Source of the DNA: Trypanosoma brucei | Lineage: Eukaryota | Length of the DNA stretch: 64,000 nucleotides | NCBI GenBank assembly: GCA_000002445.1 | Contig: CP000069.1 | Coordinates: 832,001-896,000, forward strand | Direction of reading: 5' to 3' | In this document: positions 34,801-42,884 of the stretch, piece by piece | Position numbering within the stretch: the stretch's first letter is position 1 | Layout of the letters: every line of letters starts with the position of its first letter | Translations under genes and position numbers: made by a program | The notes under the pieces: generated by a model | Told to the model about the DNA's origin: nothing | Seen by the model: the letters and a program-made list of their open reading frames with translations, nothing else | The model's database searches: none

Positions 34801-35060
34801 CGGCCCACACCCTCGAGGTTCTTCAGCAATGTGGAAATGATGTTGCAAAGGCCCAGGAAATTTTGAATGGTATTCATCCCCCAGGAATCAATGACAAGGG
34901 TGCTGTGTACCTTACAAAGGGTGAGTTACGCTTTGTTGGTCGCAACGAAATAGACATCATTCGTATCACCAAAATATGGATGTTGTTTCAACAAATGAAT
35001 CTTGTGTACGATGACAACTTCGTGCCGGCGACGACATTCGGTATCACTCGGCGGAGTTAG
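31803..35060 (+). CDS. kinesin motor protein with coiled-coil region and C-terminal PH-like domain
   Basis: Start moved to the ATG at 31803 (MNVRVATAVRILPG, the kinesin N-terminal beta-strand); the track start at 31758 is a TTG. P-loop AYGAAGSGKTYSV; switch II LVDLVGSN; HIPFCDAKLTELLKPSL. K/E-rich coiled coil. C-terminal GTVMLKHGRIGKPHRRLFWVSIDREKRKLLWADP ... ADFEAWVLGLSNL fits a PH-domain fold. Confidence 0.8.
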   Translation: MNVRVATAVRILPGTAIADKQFILSSVHKAVDGQTVVVDSCGDGSRPMIVRVDEVYDEEDNQSYFYEQAVRDLVCCAFDGSYCTVLAYGAAGSGKTYSVLGPKAQENIMEEAGIFLRVFEDLFRYQEKMSKRRHIMFFVAALELVGEQVLDLLKRRSKIPVSDVSSDYLLHNLRHAEVTSMTEATNVFNLINDMRQDLPTDGITRGSRSSALIFIDIVQVAHKHFPDRPTREKLVEVGGFSVEPSVRGILHSRVLLVDLVGSNIGRTSGIGGEEVIENLGMAKSLQTLGMCVRSLYVGDSHIPFCDAKLTELLKPSLAESTSRVLVVAHVSPLAKDGDETRETLCFCDRIKEFKADKSYNVPSAGFGEYETQPVTQHRELLADVRIAAAVAYYTPQRPYFTSMLKGVSVKEARDAAIVSLKNELDGLEMRKETEYISKAKEKIMKDRDKRVRGFASRMNQMIEEYEVISQKVKEEKKVSKHLTREYEAKSEEAITEAKKAKKSRLKAQEKVENLREQLGLPKVDSSLPNQESSQSHKYDDDKMFCGGSTEELSNEERERETLLDNLVNDFQTAAKDLNDVHATYAKRLTATQRQRAQVRRIKMLCSGIILDSTLVEDIIDFIIDRAVDISHKVIKPSQPYSWKNIEGLSTVLRGGNRLYPPLFNSIPDATKVDSTGVFHRCTFLSSDESDEENSHYPDETRRPVEMDNDLYEHYLAMGNTQKKVKEDGSAGSEKKSAAKWGGEISETARDEARKPAKENAEDGGVEGSPIGLNASATESLHLDGDNDGEFNQSDNNVEESEEPLTESEKQRMRTRRDQQYLMRVYDSPTLVDDLIKFLRGGTVMLKHGRIGKPHRRLFWVSIDREKRKLLWADPDATASRSSSYVDLDNVSYIQIGCFSKVFKRYCSTSTDPSFYRSFTVGLKDGSRTVDIVADTLADFEAWVLGLSNLVRVDPSWGGKLDVSVEVNYDRLNCFEVSLCETNYIFPTQYLMLKRRVTQIAAHTLEVLQQCGNDVAKAQEILNGIHPPGINDKGAVYLTKGELRFVGRNEIDIIRITKIWMLFQQMNLVYDDNFVPATTFGITRRS

Positions 35061-36431
35061 TATTCTCTTTTTTCTCCATCATTTATGTCTTCACCTTACA
35101 CTTCGTTGCTGTTTTGTGTCTTTGACAAACTTATATTATCACCATTATTTTTTCGTTTCTTACTTTTGTTTTGTTTTGCTTTAATTTTTTCCCCCTTTCT
35201 TTTCCCTGTACATGTGGTATGCATACGTAACTTTCCTTTGCTTGATGGAGGATTGACGTATGGCAAACCGATACGTGGAGGATGATTAAGAAAAGATATG
35301 GGAAGTGTGAGGTTTAATGGAAGTGCCCTCACGTGGCGGTGGTGAGGGTGGTTGTCGAACTTTTGGATCGTAATTCCCAACGTGAGGAGGAAGCGCAAAG
35401 CAATGGAAGGATTGAAAAAAAAAATAAAAAAAGAAAGGATATAAAGGAAATAAAGAAAATAAAAGATGAAGATTATATGTGAACATCTGCGAAGGAAAGA
35501 AAGCAAGTGAAAAAGAAAAGAAAAGAGACGAAAGGAATTTTTCAACTAGTTGAGCATATGGTGTTTTGTTTTTCTTACTAAAACAAGTAAATGCATATAC
35601 ATACACGTATTTTGTTTGTATATATAAATATATATTTTCACCAACCTTGGTGGGTTTGCGTGGCGAACGCTACGGAAACTGAACATATGGACTTCTGAGT
35701 TTCTATATGCTGTCTTCTCTTTGCTTCCTTGCGATTACACTTTTATGTATTTGTGCATTCGCTTCCACCTTTTTTATGTGCTTAACCTCATATATGAAAA
35801 ATACACCGGAGTGCTTAAACACACACACATATATATATATATATATCACTATCTATCTCTCAAGCAGGAAGGAAAGGATGCAGTGATAACTCCAAAAAGG
35901 TATAGGAGGAATAACGGTTTGGATGAGCGGCAGCACAACCGTAATAAACGATAAAAACGTGTGTTTAACAGGAGGGAAACCATGAGCACACATTTATGTG
36001 ATTACATTGTGCAGTGGTAAGTTTCTGCAATGATTGAAGTTAGAACACGGTAAATTCTTTCGTGTGCTGTTGTTGTTCCTTGCCTCAGTTTTGCGGTTGC
36101 GGGTGCTACTATTTAGGATACAATTGAAAGAGAGTGTGTACTGTAAGTGGCGCCTCCTTTATAGTCGATACAACGTTAGACTGAAGGAATTCACATGCTC
36201 CCCTTTGTTTGACTGTCATTGAGCTCTTCAGTTTCTGTCCGCCTTGTTAGTGTGCCTTTTCATTATGTGATCTCCTCTTTCTCGTACTGATTTCATGAAG
36301 AATAACCTTCACAGCGGCTGGAAATTGCAAGGTTTACAAACTGCAACTTAACTATTAAGGTGACGACCAACAGAAAGGGCTTAATCGAGGAAGGCTATTC
36401 TTCAAGCAAACAACAACTGGCTGTAGCAATA

Positions 36432-37262
36432 ATGAGAGGGCCTGTTACTATATTACTACAGATTTTATTGATTGTTGTAATTATATTTTCTTCACTACCT
36501 GTGGATGCATGGGCGGCGTTTGGGCACATGGTTGTTGCTGAAATTGCTAAACGTAATTTAGATGCAGACGTGCTGGAGAAGGTGAAGCAGTACACGCAAC
36601 ATCTCTCTGAGAGCGGTCCGTTCCCCAAAATCCCTGATTTTGTCCAAAGCGCGTGTTGGCCCGATGACCTGAAAAGCTATGACCTAGGGGTCATGAACGG
36701 TTGGCATTATACAGCAAATGTATACAATCGTGATGGTTTCGAGTTGAAAGAGCCACTGCAACAAAAATCTAACATAGTAAGTGTAATAGACAGTCTCTCC
36801 GCGACATTAAGCTATCATGAAACCCCTTTGTACGTACGCTCCTTTGCGCTTGCCCACCTCATCCATCATTACGGTGACATTCATCAACCCTTGCACACCA
36901 CTTCGCAAGTATCTTCTGAATACAAAACAGGAGACCTTGGAGGTAACTTAGTGCATGTGCGGGTGAGGAACACCACTACAAAACTGCATTCATTCTGGGA
37001 TGATATTTGCCGTCCTAGTATTTCCATGAAGCGCCCTCTGGAGGAAAAGCACTACGCAAAGGTAAGGAGTTTTGCCGACCGTTTAGTGGAGACGTACGAT
37101 GTCTCCTGGGAGCACAGGAGGCAAACTAACGCAACTATTATGTCCATGGAAGGCTTTGAACTCGCAAAGGAGATTGCTTATGCTGGTGTTGTTAATGGCA
37201 GTCAATTGAGCTCCCAATACGTGGATAGATGCGTGGAAACTGCAGAGCAGCGTATACTCTAG
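36432..37262 (+). CDS. S1/P1-type class I nuclease (3'-nucleotidase/nuclease family) with N-terminal signal/anchor
   Basis: Start moved to the ATG at 36432; the track start at 36360 is a GTG. Hydrophobic leader ILLQILLIVVIIFSSLPVDA is followed by the mature N-terminal WAAFGH (P1 nuclease begins WG..GH). Zn-ligand motif HYGDIHQPLH and conserved SFWDD. Confidence 0.75.
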   Translation: MRGPVTILLQILLIVVIIFSSLPVDAWAAFGHMVVAEIAKRNLDADVLEKVKQYTQHLSESGPFPKIPDFVQSACWPDDLKSYDLGVMNGWHYTANVYNRDGFELKEPLQQKSNIVSVIDSLSATLSYHETPLYVRSFALAHLIHHYGDIHQPLHTTSQVSSEYKTGDLGGNLVHVRVRNTTTKLHSFWDDICRPSISMKRPLEEKHYAKVRSFADRLVETYDVSWEHRRQTNATIMSMEGFELAKEIAYAGVVNGSQLSSQYVDRCVETAEQRIL

Positions 37263-38340
37263 CAGGTTACCGATTGGCGACTCATTTGAACAACATACTC
37301 GGTAGCAAACCAGCAGCTCCCGCTGTTCCACCGGCTGAGGGTGGTGTGTGTAGTACGGCGACGTATGGAGCAATTTTGATACTAGGAGTTCTATTTTGTT
37401 GTCATTTTTAATTTATCTCTGACTATTAGATTGTTACTTATTTACTTGTTCCTCTTTCTTCCCCTCTCGTTATGGGCGCTAAAATCTTTTTGTTACTTAA
37501 CGAAAATCCTGTGGAAGGTTTCGTTCAATTATAATGAATTCACGATTTCTTTATGTGGATCTAAAGGTCGTTGTTATTCCCATTTGTTTTTAGCGGGCAT
37601 TTATCTATAACGCGTATGTGCACAGTTATTTGTTGTATTTCACGTTTTGTCCCGTCGTTCTCATGGTCGGATGCCTTTCGCGCTATGACGGATCCCATAT
37701 TCCACAAGGTAGAAACGACACTGGGTTGCCTAGTGGTGGTGCCGCAACTGAGAGGGTGATTGGCGCAACGGTATTAAACAGAGGTAAAAACTGCCTTTTT
37801 TGTGTGTATTGCGGATTGTAGCGTAATTCTCAGGTGATATTTGTTTTGAGAAAATGAGAACGGGGATGCAGCAACGTTTGTGGAATATTTGTGTGCTTGG
37901 TTGTACCTTTCGTTCCCTCTCAGATGTACACTTATCTCGGCATGAAACTTGTTATTACTTTTTCTCTTTTTTCATATACCCTGCAATATCCCCCGCAAAA
38001 TGATTTACCTCTCCGACATATTGACACTTTTTTGTGTGTTACAATTGGTGTATCGGTTTTTAAACCCGCAATGTTGGCTATATTTTGTTCGTTCCGTTTA
38101 ATACATATATATATTGGTATATGGATACCTCTTAAGCGTATGTTTAACCATACTATTACCCTCTTGTTTTTAACTTGTTATAAATATATTTTTAATGTTT
38201 TTTTTTAAAATGAAAGTGAGGTAGCGTTAGCAAATCACACGACTAGGCTGCGTGGGATCGTTATACATCGCCACATTTAGTGCTTCTGCTCGTTAGACGC
38301 TGTGAGATTTATATATTTTTCGGTCGTGTTTCCACCTGTT

Positions 38341-38412
38341 GTCACTGTTTCATCAGTTTATTCCTTTTTGCACCTTCTCTCTCCCTTCCCGTATCTTCTT
38401 ATCTTTATTTGG
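38341..38412 (+). promoter_or_regulatory. polypyrimidine tract / trans-splice acceptor region upstream of the HD-domain gene
   Basis: tcactgtttcatcagtttattcctttttgcaccttctctctcccttcccgtatcttcttatctttattt lies immediately upstream of the ATG at 38435. The ORF track reads through this tract from a TTG. Confidence 0.55.
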
Positions 38413-38434
38413 GAGATATCGAGTAACACATTAC

Positions 38435-40642
38435 ATGGAAGGGGAACTTGCCTTCGTGAAGAGTGAACATGTGCTGGACAATATAACAGGTAAAGAGTTG
38501 GATGCTTTCAAATTGCAGGAGCACTCTGGTGACAAAGTTTATGTCCCACCAAATTCTAATGGTAATTTTGATCTTAAGGTGGGCCAACAGTACACAAATA
38601 TCGGAAGAGACACATCCGAGTCACAAAAAACTGAAGGGGGGAAGACGGTTCTCCTCCACAGCCCGACCTCACTGACACCCACCAAAAAACTTTCGTCTGT
38701 TGGCGACATTGCCGTTAGCGCGGCGAGTGTGCTCGATGTTGACGGGAAGGATCTGTTTTTGAGCCCAAAAGAGGCAAAAAACGTTATTGATGACGCTGAA
38801 GGAAGTGTCATTTTCTCACAAAAGGGGCGCGATACCCCCTCCATTTGTGGTGCCGCTGAAGGTGTTCGATTGCAAGACGGTGCCAGGGACATGTTGTTCT
38901 TTTCTCCACTTCTTCAGCCGCTGGAAGCCGGTGGGAAGAATTTTCAAGATCCCGTTCATGAGTATGTTCACCTTCCCAACGTCGCAATTCGCATTATAGA
39001 TACAGTTGAGTTTCAACGCCTCCGCACGGTGAAGCAGCTTGGTACCGTATGCTTCCTCTATCCTGCCGCTACGCACACGCGATTCGAGCATTCCATAGGG
39101 GTTGCGCATCTCGCATCAGAGATGCTTAAACACATTGCATCATGTCAACCTGAGCTTGGAATAACCAGGGCAGATGTTTTAAGTGTTATTATTGCTGGTC
39201 TCTGCCACGACCTCGGACACGGACCCTTTAGCCACTCCTTTGAAGTTGCTGTTAATCGCATTCGCTCGAAAACTGGTGCTCGAAAACTGTGGCGTCATGA
39301 GCATATGTCCGTTTTACTGTTGCGCCGCATTTTAAAGAAGATAGAGATTAGAAAATACGGTTTGAATGAAGACGATGTGAGATTTATTGAGCTATGTATT
39401 ACTGGTCTTCACCCTTCGAAGCGCTGGCCGGAGAACATTGGCAGACCGGAGAAAAAAAGATTCCTGCTGGAGATTGTCTCAAATAAACGCAACGGCATGG
39501 ATGTGGACAAACTTGATTACTTTCACCGTGACTCGATTGCTTGCTATGGTCGGGCAGCCGTTGATGTGCAAATTCGTCGACTGCTGAAGTCGTGCAAGGT
39601 ACTTTGTTGTGAGGAGCAGCACCAAATATGTTTTGAGGAAAAGATGGCCCTTAGTCTCGGGGATATATTTAGTGTACGGGCAAAATTGCACAAACACGCG
39701 TACCAGCACCGCGTAACCCTGGCCATTGAGCAAATGATGATCGATGCACTGTACGAGGCTGAGCCTTTCTTCCTCGTACCTGGAAAAAATGGCAGAAAGC
39801 TACGCTTGTCTGAGTGTGTGGATGATGAAGAAGCATTTTGCAAACTTGGTGACTGGATTTTGGAGGGCATTACTGCCTCCGACGATCCTCGACTAGCGAA
39901 GTCTCAGTCACTTATCCGGAGGATAATGGAACGTGATTTGTACTCGGTTGTGGGAATCAAAACGTTCATCTCATACAATGTTGAGCTAGGTGAAGATGAC
40001 ATCAGAAGTTATATGATTCAACATTGTAAGATGCTGGGTAGGTACAGCGAAAAGCTCGATTCCAACCTATTGGTTAACTTCATCAACATTACTTATGACA
40101 AAACAGACAAGTCAGGTATCCCCAATGACCCTATTGCTCATATGGCGTTTTACAGCCCGAAGAATGTAGGCGCTGGTGCCTTCCGGCTTCCAAAGGAGCG
40201 CAAAAGTCATATTTTCTCCCCAATATCATACGGTGAGAAGTCAGTTATTGTTTTCGTAAAAGAAAAGGTTTTTGTCGACGTTATTCGTGACGCCTTCGGC
40301 GTATGGGTCAGTGCGCACGCAAATCTACTGGTCGTTGCTGTTCCAGCGCACAATGGGAGGACAGAAGAGAGCCCTACAGGTTCTGCACAATCCTCGCGCT
40401 CTCAGTGTCTTAGTGGTCGAGCAGACAACCAAGACAGCAGCAGTAATAACAATGACACCGTTACCATATTGACTGCCCCCAGAGCGTATGTTGAGGGGTT
40501 TACGGGATTTTCAAGTTCCCAAACGAATGGAATCCCTTCGTACTGTCAGAGCGAGTCAGAGTCTACTCAAGCCAGTCAGTGCAGCGCAAGCGGTTTAAAA
40601 TTGTCAGAAGGAAATTTAGCGGGAAATAAACGCAGCCGCTAA
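38435..40642 (+). CDS. HD-domain (SAMHD1-like) dNTP triphosphohydrolase with S/Q-rich C-terminal tail
   Basis: Start moved to the ATG at 38435 (MEGELAFVK); the track start at 38339 is a TTG inside the polypyrimidine tract. HD motifs HSIGVAHLA, CHDLGHGPFSH and DKLDYFHRD. About 735 aa. Confidence 0.8.
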   Translation: MEGELAFVKSEHVLDNITGKELDAFKLQEHSGDKVYVPPNSNGNFDLKVGQQYTNIGRDTSESQKTEGGKTVLLHSPTSLTPTKKLSSVGDIAVSAASVLDVDGKDLFLSPKEAKNVIDDAEGSVIFSQKGRDTPSICGAAEGVRLQDGARDMLFFSPLLQPLEAGGKNFQDPVHEYVHLPNVAIRIIDTVEFQRLRTVKQLGTVCFLYPAATHTRFEHSIGVAHLASEMLKHIASCQPELGITRADVLSVIIAGLCHDLGHGPFSHSFEVAVNRIRSKTGARKLWRHEHMSVLLLRRILKKIEIRKYGLNEDDVRFIELCITGLHPSKRWPENIGRPEKKRFLLEIVSNKRNGMDVDKLDYFHRDSIACYGRAAVDVQIRRLLKSCKVLCCEEQHQICFEEKMALSLGDIFSVRAKLHKHAYQHRVTLAIEQMMIDALYEAEPFFLVPGKNGRKLRLSECVDDEEAFCKLGDWILEGITASDDPRLAKSQSLIRRIMERDLYSVVGIKTFISYNVELGEDDIRSYMIQHCKMLGRYSEKLDSNLLVNFINITYDKTDKSGIPNDPIAHMAFYSPKNVGAGAFRLPKERKSHIFSPISYGEKSVIVFVKEKVFVDVIRDAFGVWVSAHANLLVVAVPAHNGRTEESPTGSAQSSRSQCLSGRADNQDSSSNNNDTVTILTAPRAYVEGFTGFSSSQTNGIPSYCQSESESTQASQCSASGLKLSEGNLAGNKRSR

Positions 40643-41464
40643 ACTACGTGAAGAAACATTAGCAAAAGCAAAAAGATTGTGATTGGAAGCAAAGTGGTAT
40701 GGAGGGGGGTAATGTTTCATAACGACTGCCTTTATGTATATATATATATATATATCTAAAGATATACAAGTGTCCCTATCTTTATTTTTTTATTGACTGT
40801 GCGTTGCTTTCCCTTTTCTTTGACTTCTGTCTCAATTCGTTAGAATTTCGTTTACGGCAGTGTTTGATATCCGATCTTCTTATATAATTTTTTGAAAAAT
40901 TTTTATCGTTATAGCAAAATTAGTGCGCATGTACGTTGTAGCAACGGTTTTTTCCCTCTTCCTTGTCTTGCTTGTGGTAGCAGTAACTGAACAGAAACTG
41001 AGAAAACGAAATTATATAGAGAAATGAACAGATGGACAAAAACGACCGTTAATACAGAGAAAAAGAAAGGGAGTCAAGGAAATACGGAGCGCATGCTGTC
41101 AGGCACAAATAGCGAAAGTATTGAAGGAGATAGAGAAATCATAGAAACGTAAGAGACACGGTAAAAACATTTTTACCTTGTGCCTCACATGCCATACATT
41201 TGTTTCTTTTTAGGTCGCACAAAGTGCGGTCGTACCTCTGTTTAGAAGAAACACTTGGACGATAGAAAAAAGAAAGCAGAAGGAATATTTTGCCTGAGTA
41301 TACTTCTGTTTTTTTTTCTTACTCTAATATGACTTAAGTTCAATATACCCATTTTTGAAACTTTTTCTCTTTCATTTACTTTTTTCTTTTTATTATGAAG
41401 TGGGAGGTTTTGAAAATCACTTAGTTAGCTACAACAAGTTGCTTCGTTTTATGATGTTGTGCAC

Positions 41465-42598
41465 ATGGTCTCGCCACCAGCTTTATTTCACGTGATATAT
41501 GAGAATGACGAACTTGTAGTTGTCAACAAGCCAAATGATGTGCCAATGGACGGTGTAGGTTGTGAATTAACGGTGGAACGGTGGGCACTGGCATATCGAT
41601 CAAGGCGAAATGATGGCGACAAAGTGGACAGTGAACGCTTCAATGAGGAAGTTATGAAGGATGCCTCCCAACTCCCCGATTTTGTTACAGAGAAACCAAA
41701 GGGTAAGAAAAAAATGGTTAAATTCGTTCATCAGTTGGACTACGCTACAAGTGGTGTCCTCTGCATTGCGTTCTCGAAAGAAATGGCCGCCCGACTTGCT
41801 CATTGCTTTGAGATGAGGACGGCAAAGAAAGCGTACGTTGCAGTTCTCCACGGTAGTGTTTCACCCTTATCAAGTACAATTCCCAATTCAACATCATTTC
41901 TTTCGAGAAATGCGACTCAAGGTGGTTTTCGCTTAATTTCAATTAAAGAAGTGTCGAGTTGTCAATTCATTTTGGACTGTGTGCGGATTGCCACCGGTCA
42001 AACCGAGCCAAATAACGTCGTATCGGAAGAGAAGATTATTGAAATTAATCTCCCAGTCGGTTACGATGATGACGACCCTGATAGGTTCCGCATGGCTGTG
42101 AATGGACGTGACGCAAAGGAGAGCTTAACATACATGTATGTCCTTCAAAATGGGTATCTGCCTTGCCCGTCTAAAAACTGTCAAGTTTCTGTAACAAAAG
42201 TTATTCTCATACCGCAGACGGGCCGGAGGCACCAACTCCGCCTTCATTGTAATGCACTTGGGTTCCCGATAGTCGGTGACGTAACATACGGCATATCTTC
42301 ATTTCCTTCCACTGTACTACACCAGAATGAGGCATTAATGGAGGGAAGGAACACGAAAGATGTTGAAGTACCGATAAGAGCAAGTGATTGGTCTCGCATG
42401 ATGCTTCACGCTTGGCGTCTCTCTTTTCCTTTGAATGTAGAGCCGATTGGTGACGGGAGACAGAGGAGTTTACTGAAGAGGCAACGCCGACGTGAGACAC
42501 TTGGATTGGATGATGCACACAGTAGTTGGGAAGACGCTGTATGGACGCACTTCCAAACGGAAGACCCTTTTGCGTTAATAATAGAAGACAAACCCTAG
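41465..42598 (+). CDS. RluA-family pseudouridine synthase
   Basis: Start at the ATG at 41465; the track start at 41459 is a GTG. IYENDELVVVNKPNDVPMDG and the catalytic motif HQLDYATSGVLCIAFSKEMAARL (HRLD..TSG). Confidence 0.8.
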   Translation: MVSPPALFHVIYENDELVVVNKPNDVPMDGVGCELTVERWALAYRSRRNDGDKVDSERFNEEVMKDASQLPDFVTEKPKGKKKMVKFVHQLDYATSGVLCIAFSKEMAARLAHCFEMRTAKKAYVAVLHGSVSPLSSTIPNSTSFLSRNATQGGFRLISIKEVSSCQFILDCVRIATGQTEPNNVVSEEKIIEINLPVGYDDDDPDRFRMAVNGRDAKESLTYMYVLQNGYLPCPSKNCQVSVTKVILIPQTGRRHQLRLHCNALGFPIVGDVTYGISSFPSTVLHQNEALMEGRNTKDVEVPIRASDWSRMMLHAWRLSFPLNVEPIGDGRQRSLLKRQRRRETLGLDDAHSSWEDAVWTHFQTEDPFALIIEDKP

Positions 42599-42884
42599 TG
42601 ATTGAACTAATATTTTGCCTTTTTTTTCTTCGTGCGTATTTTCGTTTTGTGGTTGTTGGCATTGTTCTCTCTACATTCCCTTTCAGTAGTTTCTGTCTCA
42701 CCACTATACTTTCTTCATCGTTCAAATACTCAAAGACGAATAAAAAGAGAAAACTAATGCTGAGTTCTCCTAACTACCATTTTTTCTCTTTTTTGCATTA
42801 TTATTCTTTCTTTTTTGTAAAAAAAAATATATAAAATGGATGCGTGTGTATAAGAATATATATATTTGAGAAGTGATTTGTAGT

